From IMG/VR virus record IMGVR_UViG_3300045988_094266: DNA of 64,000 bases, one strand, 5' to 3'. The notes beneath the pieces were generated by a model. That model was given only the letters and a program-made list of their open reading frames with translations. It was not told the DNA's origin and made no database searches. Position 1 is the stretch's first letter. Each line of letters begins with the position of its first letter. Shown piece after piece: positions 1 to 10,880 of the stretch. Source of the stretch: a virus. A program made the translations under genes and the position numbers.

Positions 1-231
1 GGTTTCTATTTGTTTTTTAATTTTCGGGGAGATACAATTAATTCCAAATAAATCCTTTATATATTTTTCTAATAATTCTTTATCTTTTTCTTCTTGAGTT
101 TTATTTTCTTCTGCCGTTTGCGCACAAGTTTTATGAGCGTAACGTCTTGAGTTTGGTTTAACGTATGGGGTGGTTGATGCATCAAATACTTCTCCACAGT
201 AAAAACATTTTACCATGTGTTTCGCCATACA
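1..231 (-). CDS. Cys-rich (CxxC...HxxC) protein, N-terminal part; truncated at the window edge
   Basis: Minus-strand ATG near 231 (MAKHMVKCFYCGEVFDAS...) stays open to position 1. The promoter-like AT box at 240-280 lies upstream. Confidence 0.3.
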
Positions 232-330
232 TTACGCTCCTTTCTTTATAACCTTATATAAATATAATATCATATTTTAGATAAAAAATCAAGGAAGGAG
301 AAATATCCTTGATACTCTCCTTCCTTTCAT

Positions 331-1311
331 TTAGGTCTTAATTAAGTCTTCTAATTCATGAATAATTAGATCCAATTGTTCAGACTGTTCGGGAGTGCAG
401 TCTCCAACTTTTTTCCCTTTACCTAAAAATTTATCAACAATAGCAGTAATTTTAACTGCATTGGATTGATTTTCTGACATAAGATTTCCAACTAAATCAT
501 TAAATCTTGTCATTAGATAATCAAAATCATAAGTAACATCTTCTGTGACAACTTGTGTTGCCTCATCTGTAATATACTTACCACCAGTTTCTTCTGCTTG
601 CTTATCAATAGCATCAGAAATTGCTTTTACAAGATTATCATATGTAAATTCAATAGATTCTGGAACATACTTAAATCTTGAACCGGCAACATATTGCGGA
701 GTTCCGCGCATAAAGAGACGAGTTTCTGTACCTCCAGATTCATTGGTTACAGAACGAGAATAACCAATAATATCACAAGTTCTCTCACAAATTAATCTAC
801 CTCTATTATCAAGAGTTGGTACAATTTGAGAAGCGACATCTTCTCCTTTTGCATTTTTTTCTGTCTTTACTTTGGCATGAGAAATCAAAATAAGACCATA
901 ATTAAGTTGTAGAATTTTACGAATTGCTTCATCAAATTCTGTACTAACAAGTGCGTATCCCTTTCCATAAGGAATATCACCGATAGTATCAACAGCCTCG
1001 CGTCCGCAAATAAACTTCTCACAATAGCCATATGCAATATCTGCTGTATCAATTACAATAGTTTGGAATTTTTCTTGAACTTCTGGAGTTTTTAATTCAC
1101 TAAAAAGTTTCTTAAATTCACCCCAACTATTGATTGGTTGAGCATATACTCCTGGCAAGGCATTATAACCTTTCTCAAAAGCAAGTAGTAGCGCTTTTGG
1201 AAACTTACTAGCAATAGTTGTTTTGCCAGACTTTGGATCCCCATAGAAAAATACTGAATAACCTCTTAAATCTCTTGATACCTCATGTGGTTTAATATCT
1301 AATAAACTCAT
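331..1311 (-). CDS. P-loop ATPase (GDPKSGKTT Walker A), Sak4/RecA-like recombination ATPase candidate
   Basis: 326-aa ORF with a Walker A motif; RBS GAAGGAG upstream; TAA stop. Confidence 0.5.
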   Translation of the reverse strand: MSLLDIKPHEVSRDLRGYSVFFYGDPKSGKTTIASKFPKALLLAFEKGYNALPGVYAQPINSWGEFKKLFSELKTPEVQEKFQTIVIDTADIAYGYCEKFICGREAVDTIGDIPYGKGYALVSTEFDEAIRKILQLNYGLILISHAKVKTEKNAKGEDVASQIVPTLDNRGRLICERTCDIIGYSRSVTNESGGTETRLFMRGTPQYVAGSRFKYVPESIEFTYDNLVKAISDAIDKQAEETGGKYITDEATQVVTEDVTYDFDYLMTRFNDLVGNLMSENQSNAVKITAIVDKFLGKGKKVGDCTPEQSEQLDLIIHELEDLIKT

Positions 1312-1345
1312 TTATTAATCGCTCCTTCTAAAATTAATTGGGAAA

Positions 1346-1368
1346 AAAGGGAGAAAATCTCCCTTTTT
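1346..1368 (-). terminator. Intrinsic terminator hairpin (gggagaaaatctccc followed by a T-run)
   Basis: Perfect inverted repeat flanked by A/T runs between two minus-strand genes. Confidence 0.5.
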
Positions 1369-2325
1369 TTAGAATTTATATTCTCCCTTTGCAGGAGCGG
1401 AAGTAGAAGTGCCGCTAAGTGCGTTACCCTTTGTAGCCTGATACTCGTCTTGACGCTTTTTAATTTCTGCAAGAGTAACTTCGCGAGCCGCCATCTTTTC
1501 ATTAAGTTCAGAAACAAGAAGAGTCTCTTCGCTATCCCACGCATAAGTTTCAGGTTGTGCCCAGTTAATCACAAAATCTCGCTGAGAGTTACGAACCTCT
1601 TTTACCTTTGTATCACCAAAAGCACTTTCTTCTTCAATTTTGCGAATTACTGTCTTAGAAATTTGAACACCTTGTACTCTAGTAAATACTGGAGAACTAG
1701 AAGTTGCTCCAAGATTCTCAAAATAATCAAGAGCCTTTTCTGGTGCATAAGGAGTATATACATTAAATTCAACAGGAAGCAGAGATCCACGGAAATCAAA
1801 AATACACCCTTTTACAGTTACCTTTTCAGGTAAATCGCGCTCTTCATCAGCTTCTGTACGAATTACATTAGTAATAACCATATCAGTATCAAATGTTGCA
1901 CGATTCTTTTCTTCCGCGAGCTCCTGAGTCACATGGACAAACCCACCCTCATTTCTTTTTACACTTACAAGAGGGTGACCAGTAGTATTATTATCATACC
2001 ACTCATTTAGACCAATAGCAGAATCAATACGGAGCTTTCCTGCGTTTTCTTTACCATGCTCCATTACAGAGCCAATCTTTCCCTCAATAATATTCAAAAG
2101 AACTCCATAGGTAGAATTTGCTTTTCCGTTTTTAGTAGTCTCAGTTACATAACTAAAATGAACATCAACTACATTGAGCATTTCATCATCGGTTGCAATT
2201 CTCAAAATACCGTTAATAAACTCTGTTCCAGGATTTTTAGAATTTTCTCCAGAAACTTTCTTTTCGAGCTTATGCTCATAGACATACCCTTCAATATGAG
2301 TAGCATTAATCATTTTCTTTTTCAT
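1369..2325 (-). CDS. Hypothetical protein (possible ssDNA-binding partner of the upstream ATPase)
   Basis: 318-aa ORF ending in TAA; the functional guess rests only on its position. Confidence 0.3.
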   Translation of the reverse strand: MKKKMINATHIEGYVYEHKLEKKVSGENSKNPGTEFINGILRIATDDEMLNVVDVHFSYVTETTKNGKANSTYGVLLNIIEGKIGSVMEHGKENAGKLRIDSAIGLNEWYDNNTTGHPLVSVKRNEGGFVHVTQELAEEKNRATFDTDMVITNVIRTEADEERDLPEKVTVKGCIFDFRGSLLPVEFNVYTPYAPEKALDYFENLGATSSSPVFTRVQGVQISKTVIRKIEEESAFGDTKVKEVRNSQRDFVINWAQPETYAWDSEETLLVSELNEKMAAREVTLAEIKKRQDEYQATKGNALSGTSTSAPAKGEYKF

Positions 2326-2701
2326 TATTTAACTCTCCTCTATACTTTTCAATATCAAAATTTTTACCTTTTTCGGTCAGGGTATAAACCACAGGATTAG
2401 AACCAAACTTCTCAACAAAACCATCAGAAACTAACTTTCTAATAGAACCAGAAACTTTTCTGGAAGAAATCTCCATCCCATCAGCTATATCTTTTGCTTT
2501 TAAAGATTTAGCATTACTATTTTGAAGATACTCAAGGATTTGAAATCCAGTTTCAGTAAAAAGAGGTTTATCAATATGCTTGTCTTGTTGTGAACGAAGA
2601 ATATCATAAAATTCTTTTACTTCATCCGGGATAATAACAGGTTCTTTACAATTAGCTATAAGCCAATCAAAATAATTTAAAAAAGTCTCACATTTGTTCA
2701 T
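2306..2701 (-). CDS. Winged-helix DNA-binding protein
   Basis: 131-aa ORF. The C-terminal half looks like a MarR-type wHTH (GMEISSRKVSGSIRKLVSDGFV). Confidence 0.35.
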   Translation of the reverse strand: MNKCETFLNYFDWLIANCKEPVIIPDEVKEFYDILRSQQDKHIDKPLFTETGFQILEYLQNSNAKSLKAKDIADGMEISSRKVSGSIRKLVSDGFVEKFGSNPVVYTLTEKGKNFDIEKYRGELNNEKEND

Positions 2702-2754
2702 ATCATTTTCCTCTTTATTTTATATAAATATAATAACATATAAAATAAAGATTG

Positions 2755-3380
2755 TCAATCAAGAGCAATATCATCAAAGATTACAGGGATTTTTTCCTTG
2801 ACTTTATTAAGTGCAATAATTGCTACTTCTCTCATTTGCGGATGGGCGGCTGGAGAGCAGCGAAGCTTGAAGAAATGCCGCCATTCCCGCAAATCCGCAG
2901 TCATAACTACTTCTGTTTTTAAACTATTAGGTAGAACTGCTCTTGCTTCTTGGGGTGTGCATCCAGTAGAGAGCATATTAAAATATTCCTCTTCCGCATT
3001 TTGGCAGGCATTATACCAATGATCGTAAGCTGGATTGCTCTTGATTAAGAAACAGGGTTCAATAACAGTAATTTCATTTCCGAACCCGTCTTTCGAATAA
3101 TTGCAATATCTTGTAGATTCTTGACAATAGGCAGCCAATCTATGACGAACAATTTCATGGCTAACACCTCTATCGCAAATAAATTTAAGAGTAAAAGAGC
3201 AATGCTCGAGGACTGCTTCATGTCCTCTTTTAATAATATTCTAAACAAATTTTACAGCACTATCTTCTGTAATCTTATCTTCAGATTTATAACAAACTCT
3301 ACCGCACTGTTCAATTCGTTTAAGAATTATCTCACCGTCAATAGGTGTAATCAGTTCAACATCTGGCTTAATAATTTTCA
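2755..3380 (-). CDS. thyX: FAD-dependent thymidylate synthase ThyX with one in-frame TAG
   Basis: Reading through TAG at ~3241-3243 gives MKIIKPDVELITPIDGEIILKRIEQCGRVCYKSEDKITEDSAVKFV[TAG]NIIKRGHEAVLEHCSFTLKFICDRGVSHEIVRHRLAAYCQESTRYCNYSK. The ThyX RHRx7S...QESTRY signature spans the TAG. RBS GAGGAA upstream; TGA stop. Confidence 0.75.
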
Positions 3381-3382
3381 TA

Positions 3383-3658
3383 TTATTCCTCACTTAAATT
3401 ATATCCAATAAGTTCCATACAAGGATTTATTAATCGCAATAATATCTCTACTTCATCAATTACGAATTTTTCCTTCAAATCTCTACTTTTTAGAAATTCA
3501 GAATAACTAATACAATTTAGTCCAATAATTCCATATTGTTCTGCTTTAATTCTCATTGAGCGTGGATTGCTACATACAAAAATAGCATCATTATCTTTAG
3601 CATATTGCATTAGTTGATAGGTTTTTCCAGTACATCTGTTACCAATAATTCTAAACAT
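3383..3658 (-). CDS. Small P-loop (GNRCTGKT) protein
   Basis: 91-aa ORF whose stop abuts the ThyX start. Confidence 0.3.
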   Translation of the reverse strand: MFRIIGNRCTGKTYQLMQYAKDNDAIFVCSNPRSMRIKAEQYGIIGLNCISYSEFLKSRDLKEKFVIDEVEILLRLINPCMELIGYNLSEE

Positions 3659-4569
3659 TAAGATCCTCCGCGAGTAGTATTTAAACCAAAATCTTTCGTT
3701 TTATAAAACTCAATCCAATAAGTTTCTCTCTCATTTAAATTTTCCCTTGAAACTTCTTCTAAAATCTCAAAGGTAAAATTATGAACTCCAGATTTCTACA
3801 TGGTAGAATATAGTTTATTGGTTGCTTTTCCGTAAGTTAAAGCAGATTTAATATGTTGTCTAAAACGTTCTTTTATATCAACTGACTATCCTATATAGGA
3901 TTTCCCAGTGGTCAAATCAGTTATCCTATAAATCCCACAATATTTAATTGCTTTTGGGAATAACCGAGCTGTTAATATATCATAAGCTGGTTTATAATAC
4001 ACTTCCCATATTAACTTATCTATGCTTTCTTTTTTGACAAATCTAGGTTGCAACTCACGCAATAATGTAATATCATTTATATCAATTTCATCAAGAGCTA
4101 AACGATAGTAATCTTGATTAGAGTCAATCTCTTCCTATCTTAGTTGAGCCTAAATATAAGCAAGTTGTTTAGCTTGTAAATCCGCTAATTTACTGGATTC
4201 GATAGAAATTTTATTTGATAAATCTTGACTTTTAGCATCAAAAGTCATAGTAAGCTCATTTTCTTTTTCTTCATAGGATTTTAAAAGTGCGGAAATGCGA
4301 ATCTAGTATGCCTCATCAGCTTGCTTTTGTGCATTTTCCCGCATTTCTTCCTAAGATTTTACTAGAGAAGAAAGAATTTCATTTTCAGAGTATATATTTT
4401 CTTTTATATTAGATAATACTTCTCTATTATGTTTTATTTCCTATTCTATCTCGGAGTTTTTCCTCTAATTATCTATATTAACTTCAATTATTTGATGCTC
4501 TTGTTTCTTGAGATAATAGATATAAATTATTAACCCGATTATAGTAATTAATAATAACCCTATAATCAT
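3659..4569 (-). CDS. GIY-YIG nuclease-domain protein (N-terminal TM helix and coiled coil, C-terminal GIY-YIG) with eight in-frame TAG codons
   Basis: Continuous frame once TAG is read as sense. C-terminus GIYRITDLTTGKSYIG[TAG]SVDIKERFRQH...ETYWIEFYKT is a GIY-YIG motif. TAA stop overlaps the next ATG (TAATG). No standard-code ORF of 60 aa or more exists in this 0.9-kb region. Confidence 0.55.
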
Positions 4570-4580
4570 ATTTAAAAAAT

Positions 4581-4605
4581 TCGGGGAGAGTTAACCTCTC
4601 CCCGA
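4581..4605 (-). terminator. Intrinsic terminator (tcggggagag-ttaa-cctctccccga followed by a T-run on the minus strand)
   Basis: Inverted repeat immediately after the 4612..4887 gene. Confidence 0.5.
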
Positions 4606-4611
4606 ACAAAA

Positions 4612-4887
4612 TTACTCTTGAGCGTCTGGGTCGAGATCTAGCCCGCTTTGAGTTAAATGGAGATACTTTACCTTCTGATGAGAACCATCTTCAAGAGTTA
4701 CCTCATCAGGAACGCGCTCTCCAAGTCCCTTGCGTTGGAAAGCAGAAGTAAAAATACCATCAACTTGACGCTTCTCAAGTCCAAGAGCTTCAGCAACATC
4801 TGCCGCTGTTAAATTTTCACCATTATGCTCCTTTAAATAATCTAAAACCTTACGAGTATTTTCTTTCATAGCTGCCATAGTAGACAT
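4612..4887 (-). CDS. Small putative DNA-binding regulator
   Basis: 91-aa ORF with an HTH-like segment (LTAADVAEALGLEKRQVD). Confidence 0.3.
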   Translation of the reverse strand: MSTMAAMKENTRKVLDYLKEHNGENLTAADVAEALGLEKRQVDGIFTSAFQRKGLGERVPDEVTLEDGSHQKVKYLHLTQSGLDLDPDAQE

Positions 4888-5217
4888 TCTCCTTTAATAA
4901 TAAATTTATTTTAATTTAATTTGTTGCTAAATCTTGAACCATAGTGTCAATTTCTAGCATAATATTTATCCCGTCGCTTAATGACATAATTTGATTGGTA
5001 ATCTGCATAATTCGATTATCGGCTCGGGATTTTTCTTCCTTTGAGGAAGTTTCATTTTGGTGAATTTGCTCACATTTATAAAGTTCTTGAGCGAGCTTTT
5101 TCATCTATTTTCGGGTCATATAATTTCTATCCTTTATCCCTGAATTACATATATATTATATCTAAAATATTTTTTTAAGTCAAGAATTTTAGGTAAATAT
5201 CTCAGCAAAGTTAGATT

Positions 5218-6324
5218 TTATGAGAAAATTTCATCTATAATACAATCTTTTGTATCTTTATCTTCTCTCCACAACTTTAATACTGGGTGTCTTAATGTAT
5301 GTTCTTTTTTATCAATAGACATGCAATCAAGAGAAACAACTTTATTAAGATAGTTCTGCGGATTTTCAGTCATATCGCGCTTCATGTCATCAGTTAGACC
5401 AGAACTAACAGTACCTAATTCTATTAGTTTGCCTTGATTATCATAAGCGCCAACTTTAATTGCTGTATTCCATCCATAGAAATAGTATCTACTAATAGGG
5501 ATTGTTCTATAATCGGGAGATCTAATTGCTTTATAGGAATTTATTTTTTCTTGTTCTACCCATACTCCATTCTCGCCTTGTTTTTCAATAGCCCAATACT
5601 CCCATGTATCTATCTCTTTTCCTGTATATTCTTTTGTTGGAGGACAAAAACCTATGCAGATTAAATCAATAGAATCCATCTGTTTAATTTTAATTGTAGA
5701 CCAAGCGGGACGTTTTCCAGGAGTATAAGGATAATCCCTTTTCTTTAAAACCGCGCCTTCGCCTCCACTTTTCAAGATTCGAGAGATTTCTTCTTCAAGA
5801 TTAGTGTCTACTTTTACTGCTAGCCGCAAGAAACTATATTGTGATAAATTATGTTTTTCCCATACTGCCGCAAGGATTTTATATCTATCTTCTGCACCGA
5901 CATTTACTAAATTAATATTATCATATTCAATTATATCATGTATATAATAATGAATAGGATTATCTTTTTGCCTTTTGATAGCTAAATCTGGTAGGCATCC
6001 CATTATGCTTGTTACTGTTTTAGATGTCCCTCCAGGATAATAAATCTCGCCAATTAAAATTGTATTTGATGGCATACAATTTAAGGCTTCAATAATATGA
6101 GGCACATTTGCACCTTTTTCAGAGAGTAATCCAGTTGTTGTACTTGTATTACGAGAAAATAGATAACTGTAGTTATCTGTCTTTTCAAACTCATACCAAT
6201 ATCCATCAATTTTTTCTTCGAGAAAATAATCTCCAGATTGGCACATTTCAGAAAGCATAGATTCTTTACCAGCAGGTAATTTCCACACCTTCATAGCATC
6301 TATCATTTTAGCTTCAGGATACAT
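5218..6324 (-). CDS. ATP-dependent DNA ligase (T7-like, small)
   Basis: Motif I KIDG (EEKIDGYWYE), motif IV GGEGAVLKK and motif V lysines; 368 aa. Confidence 0.7.
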   Translation of the reverse strand: MYPEAKMIDAMKVWKLPAGKESMLSEMCQSGDYFLEEKIDGYWYEFEKTDNYSYLFSRNTSTTTGLLSEKGANVPHIIEALNCMPSNTILIGEIYYPGGTSKTVTSIMGCLPDLAIKRQKDNPIHYYIHDIIEYDNINLVNVGAEDRYKILAAVWEKHNLSQYSFLRLAVKVDTNLEEEISRILKSGGEGAVLKKRDYPYTPGKRPAWSTIKIKQMDSIDLICIGFCPPTKEYTGKEIDTWEYWAIEKQGENGVWVEQEKINSYKAIRSPDYRTIPISRYYFYGWNTAIKVGAYDNQGKLIELGTVSSGLTDDMKRDMTENPQNYLNKVVSLDCMSIDKKEHTLRHPVLKLWREDKDTKDCIIDEIFS

Positions 6325-6530
6325 TATTTATCAAACTCCTTATATTCTTTATATCCAAAGTAAATTCCTATAGGAATGGCATATAAAAATAAAAACCAAA
6401 GACTAACAGTAAAACATAAGATGATTGGTAAAAATATTGTCATAGCTAAAACGAAGACAAGAAGAATGTCAACTAGTATGAATTTAATAAGAGTAGAATT
6501 TTTTAATTTATCAATCATATAAAACCTCAT
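6324..6530 (-). CDS. Small membrane protein
   Basis: 68 aa with two hydrophobic helices. Confidence 0.3.
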   Translation of the reverse strand: MRFYMIDKLKNSTLIKFILVDILLVFVLAMTIFLPIILCFTVSLWFLFLYAIPIGIYFGYKEYKEFDK

Positions 6531-6575
6531 TTTTTCTCTTTATATAAATATATTATAATAATAAAAAAGAAAAAT

Positions 6576-6608
6576 CAACTAAAGATAAGAGTGGTTTTAC
6601 CACTCTTA
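6576..6608 (-). terminator. Intrinsic terminator hairpin (aaagataagagtgg / ccactcttatcttt)
   Basis: 14-bp inverted repeat after the topoisomerase A-subunit gene. Confidence 0.45.
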
Positions 6609-6611
6609 TCT

Positions 6612-8978
6612 TTAAATCTTGGCTACTGAAATAATCTTATCATTATTTTTTATCATTATATTTCCCATAGAAATTCTTGATAGCTTGGGAAAATCTTTTA
6701 CACTAACGACAATAGAACTCTTATTACCAGAAATTAAAATATCATTATCATCAGACACCAATTCTGCTCCGACAACTGTTCCTTTGTAACATGATACTCC
6801 TTTGCCACCGCGGTTTTGTTTATTAAACTCTTTTAGCTCAATTTTCTTTCCAAGACCATCTTCTGAAATAATAGCAAGGTAATCTGCATTATTGCTTATT
6901 GGTAATGCAGCGATAATACTATCATCATCGGATATATTCATTCCTTTTACTCCTTGCGCGGTTCTAGAAGAAATCGGCATTTCCGCAGTATTAAATCTTA
7001 TAGTCATTCCATTTTTAGTAACAAGTATCATTTCCTCTTGATTTATAAAAGTTACTGCGGCGAGTTCATCACCATCTTTTAACTTAATTGATACAATTCC
7101 AGTTCTCTTCATTGCGTCATATTCTTCCAGAGGAACTTTTTTGACTATTCCTTTTTTAGTAGCAAAGAATATAAACTTCTTATTTGTATCTCTTGTTAAA
7201 GTAGTATATGCCATAGGAGTTTCATTATCTTCAAAAGTAATCAAAGTAGATAAGGGTACGCCAATAGAATTGTTATTTCCTTCTGGAATATTATCCACGA
7301 GCAGTCTATACATCTTTCCTTTTGATGAAAATATCATCAAAGTATCTTGTGTATTTGTAGCAGAAGAAAATGCTATAATGTCATTAATTTTCATTCCAGT
7401 GGTATTTCTTTTTTGAGGTTTAAAGGCTTTTTTCGCAATTCTTTTTACTGTGCCTTTACTAGAAATAATAACAACGCAATCTTCTGGCTCTATAACTACT
7501 TGTTCTTTCTCTTGTTTAGGGATTTCTGTATTAATAAGTTTTGTGCGGCGAGCATCTCCATATGTATCTTTAAGTTCGGTAATAAGTTTAATTAACTTAT
7601 TATTCCTTACTTCTTTATTATTTAACAACTCATTACACTTAGCTATAAATTCTATTTTTTCGTTTAGCTCGTCAACTAACTCTTGTTTATCAATGCGAGT
7701 TAATTTGCCAAGTTTCATATCTAAAATAGCTTTAGCTTGAATATCATCTACATCTAAGAAAGCAATTAGTTCTTTCTTTGCTTCATTAGTGTTATTTGCA
7801 CTTTTAATAATTTTGATAACTTCATCAATCTTATCAACAGCAGCGATCAATCCCTCAAGAATATGTTTGCGGGCCTCAGCTTTTTCCTTATCAAACTGAG
7901 TTGCTTTAATTAATACATCTTCCTGATGGCTGACATAAATCTGTAATAAATCTATCATTGAGCAAAGTCTAGGAGTTCCATTTACAATATAATTCATATT
8001 ATAAGAAATAGAAGATTGTAAGTCAGTTAATACAAATAATTGATTTAATGCTTTAGATACAGAAACACCATCTTTTACATAAAATACAAGCCTATTATTA
8101 CCGATATTTGATTCATCATCAAAATCTTCAATAATCTCACTTAATGTTTCAATATTCTTCTCTATTTGCTCTTTTATTTTATTTCGATAGGTTCTATAAG
8201 GAATACTTGTAAAGATAATTTTTTGCCCATCAATCTCATAGTCGCCTTGAATTTTCAAAGAGATTGTGGATTTTCCCGTTTTAAACGCGCTCTTTACATC
8301 CTTGATATTTAGAACAGTTCCGCCAAGAGGGAAATCTGGGCCAGGAATATAGGTTAGTAATTCATCAATAGTGAGCGAGCCTTTTTGAATTAGAGCAATT
8401 GCTGCATTACATACTTCTGTTAAATTATGTGGAGCGCTATTATGGGCCATGGAAATACCAATGGCTTGTCTTCCATTGCAAATAGCATTTGGAAAAAGGG
8501 CTGGTAAAATCACTGGCTCCATAAATTCTCCATTATATGTTTCTTTAATTGGAACTACATTTTTCTTGTAATCATTCATCATTATATCAGCAAATAGTGA
8601 AGGTTTTGCCTCTGTATAACGAGAAGAAGAAAACATATCATTATTTTCTTGAGTTCCTAATTGTCCTTGTCCTGTAATAAGAGGATAACGCATTAAAAAT
8701 GGTTGCGCCATCTTTCGAAGAACACCATAGCAAGCAATATCGCCATGAAAGTAAGAGGTGGCTAGAGTAGAACCAACAATAGCATTACACTTTTTGGTCT
8801 TACTCTTATTATTCATCTTTAAATAATCTTCCATAGTCCAAATGATTTTTCTTTGCGCGCTTAACAGCCCATCCTCCGCCGCAGGAATGGCTCTATCAGT
8901 TAAAACCTCTTCTGCATATGTTAAGAATGTGTTTTTTGCTTCATCAAGAATATCTACTTCTGTAATTAAACTACTCAT
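6612..8978 (-). CDS. Type II DNA topoisomerase, A subunit (GyrA/ParC/T4 gp52-like)
   Basis: 788 aa. YFHGDIACYGVLRKMAQPFLMRYPLITGQGQLG...SSRYTEAKPS matches the GyrA catalytic-tyrosine region (YHPHGD...MRYTEA). Confidence 0.8.
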   Translation of the reverse strand: MSSLITEVDILDEAKNTFLTYAEEVLTDRAIPAAEDGLLSAQRKIIWTMEDYLKMNNKSKTKKCNAIVGSTLATSYFHGDIACYGVLRKMAQPFLMRYPLITGQGQLGTQENNDMFSSSRYTEAKPSLFADIMMNDYKKNVVPIKETYNGEFMEPVILPALFPNAICNGRQAIGISMAHNSAPHNLTEVCNAAIALIQKGSLTIDELLTYIPGPDFPLGGTVLNIKDVKSAFKTGKSTISLKIQGDYEIDGQKIIFTSIPYRTYRNKIKEQIEKNIETLSEIIEDFDDESNIGNNRLVFYVKDGVSVSKALNQLFVLTDLQSSISYNMNYIVNGTPRLCSMIDLLQIYVSHQEDVLIKATQFDKEKAEARKHILEGLIAAVDKIDEVIKIIKSANNTNEAKKELIAFLDVDDIQAKAILDMKLGKLTRIDKQELVDELNEKIEFIAKCNELLNNKEVRNNKLIKLITELKDTYGDARRTKLINTEIPKQEKEQVVIEPEDCVVIISSKGTVKRIAKKAFKPQKRNTTGMKINDIIAFSSATNTQDTLMIFSSKGKMYRLLVDNIPEGNNNSIGVPLSTLITFEDNETPMAYTTLTRDTNKKFIFFATKKGIVKKVPLEEYDAMKRTGIVSIKLKDGDELAAVTFINQEEMILVTKNGMTIRFNTAEMPISSRTAQGVKGMNISDDDSIIAALPISNNADYLAIISEDGLGKKIELKEFNKQNRGGKGVSCYKGTVVGAELVSDDNDILISGNKSSIVVSVKDFPKLSRISMGNIMIKNNDKIISVAKI

Positions 8979-8990
8979 TTATACACTTCC

Positions 8991-10880
8991 TCATTCAAAA
9001 TTAAATCCTAATTCTTCTGCATTATCATAGATATATTGCTTGCGGGGTTCAACTGCGCTTCCCATCAAAATTTCGAGCAATTCTGTGGTAGCTTTGGCAT
9101 CACTAATAGTAATGCGTTTATATCTTTCATTCATAAAACATACTTTTTGCAGATCCTCTGGATTTAATTCTCCCAATCCCTTAGCTCTAAGTAAATCATA
9201 ACTGCCGCTATGATTCTTTTTCCACTCTTCAAGTTCATTGTCACTATAACAGTAATACTCTTTTCCTTTTTGTCGAATAATATATAATGGAGTTACAGCT
9301 CTATATAACTTACCAGCTTCAATAAGAGGACGCATATATGTATAGAAGAAAGTAATAAGCATTAATTCAATATCTGCACCATCACTATCTGCATCGGCCG
9401 TGATTACAACTTTATCAACGGTCAATTTACTAATATCAAAATCTTTACCAAAACCTCCACCAAGGATCCTAATAATATCAGACATTTCTTGGTTAGAAAG
9501 CAGCTTATCAATAGCAGTCTTTAATGGGCTGATAATCTTTCCTCGCAACATATAAATGCAATCAGTTTTAGGATTTCGTGCTTCTACTGCGGAAGCTCCT
9601 GCTGATAGTCCCTCAACAAGCAAGAGATTACGATCTTTAGGACTACGATTTCCGCAATCAATAAACTTATTACTAAGTTTCATTTTTGCCTTTAATCCGG
9701 TTTCTTTCTTTGTCTTTATTCCTCTTGCTGCCTCTCTTGCTTTACGAGCTGCCTCTCTTGCTTTTCTAGCATTTAATGCTTTATCCGCGATACTTTTAAT
9801 TTCTTTTTCATTTGTTGTGAACCAATATTGCAGCTCTTCTGCTATTGCTTGTGTAAAAGGTTTCATATCTAGTTTTGTGACACGAGATTTTACTTGAGCA
9901 TCATATCCAATATTTGGTGCTGTAATATTAAAAACAAGATACATTCCTTCTTGGCAATCATCTCCAGAGAGATTTTCATCCTTATCTTTTAGCCACCCTT
10001 TTTCTCGGAAGAATTTATTAAATTCTCTTGTTAAAAGGGTTTTAATTTGCGTAATATGCGGACCTGCTTCTGTTAAACCAGTATTTACATATGGAACAAT
10101 CGTAGAAGAGTAGTTATTTGTGTAAGTTAGAGCTAAATCCAACTTATTTTTACCTTCGGAAAAATTAATTGAGAAACGATTTTTCAGAATCTCTTTTCCC
10201 TTAACGCCTTCATCTAACAAATCCATAAGACCATTCTTAGAGAAGAACTCTGTCTTTTTTCCATTATCATCTAGTTTGATAGTTAGCCCCGGACAGAGAC
10301 ATACAATAGTTTTAAATAAGGAGTTTAATGCTTTTGCGTCTGGCTTTGGATCAGTAAAAAACTCTTCACTTGCAATCCAGAAAACAGAAGTTCCATGAAC
10401 ATTTTTATCAACCTTACAAGAATCTCTAGATTCAAAAATGCCCTCTTTGAATCTTACTTGTTCTCCTTCTCCATCTCTATATGTCCACACAGTTAATTCA
10501 TGACTAAGATAAGTTGCAAGTTTGCTACCAATACCAAAACTACCAAGAGAAGTTCCCTCATAAGTTCCATCTTCTCTATATTTACCACTGGTATTTAATA
10601 CACTAAATGCGGCTTCCAAAATTGTTTTCCCATCTTCTCTAAAAGAATTAGGAATAAATCCTTGACCATGATCGCTGACAGACACTCTGGCACCATTAAT
10701 TTGTACGTCTATTTCATTACCGTGACCCAATCTAAATTCATCTACCGAGTTTGATACAATCTCTACTACTAATTGAGTAGAAGTTGATGTATCTCCACAA
10801 TATACCCCAGGTCTTAAACGAGTAAATTCTAGAGGACTTAATGACTCAATACTTTTTTCATTATATAACTTATCTGACAT
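8991..10880 (-). CDS. Type II DNA topoisomerase, B/ATPase subunit (GyrB/ParE/T4 gp39-like)
   Basis: 629 aa with a GHKL ATPase N-terminus (IVSNSVDE) and a TOPRIM motif (LLLVEGLSAGAS). Confidence 0.8.
   Translation of the reverse strand: MSDKLYNEKSIESLSPLEFTRLRPGVYCGDTSTSTQLVVEIVSNSVDEFRLGHGNEIDVQINGARVSVSDHGQGFIPNSFREDGKTILEAAFSVLNTSGKYREDGTYEGTSLGSFGIGSKLATYLSHELTVWTYRDGEGEQVRFKEGIFESRDSCKVDKNVHGTSVFWIASEEFFTDPKPDAKALNSLFKTIVCLCPGLTIKLDDNGKKTEFFSKNGLMDLLDEGVKGKEILKNRFSINFSEGKNKLDLALTYTNNYSSTIVPYVNTGLTEAGPHITQIKTLLTREFNKFFREKGWLKDKDENLSGDDCQEGMYLVFNITAPNIGYDAQVKSRVTKLDMKPFTQAIAEELQYWFTTNEKEIKSIADKALNARKAREAARKAREAARGIKTKKETGLKAKMKLSNKFIDCGNRSPKDRNLLLVEGLSAGASAVEARNPKTDCIYMLRGKIISPLKTAIDKLLSNQEMSDIIRILGGGFGKDFDISKLTVDKVVITADADSDGADIELMLITFFYTYMRPLIEAGKLYRAVTPLYIIRQKGKEYYCYSDNELEEWKKNHSGSYDLLRAKGLGELNPEDLQKVCFMNERYKRITISDAKATTELLEILMGSAVEPRKQYIYDNAEELGFNFE

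Noticed and set aside
1308-1544. 78-aa minus-strand ORF, and the many 60-130-aa ORFs nested in other frames (for example 545..763, 1450..1833, 7141..7740, 9556..9897)
   Set aside because: They are fully nested inside longer, well-supported genes in other frames and have no start signals. The AT-rich sequence yields long spurious frames.
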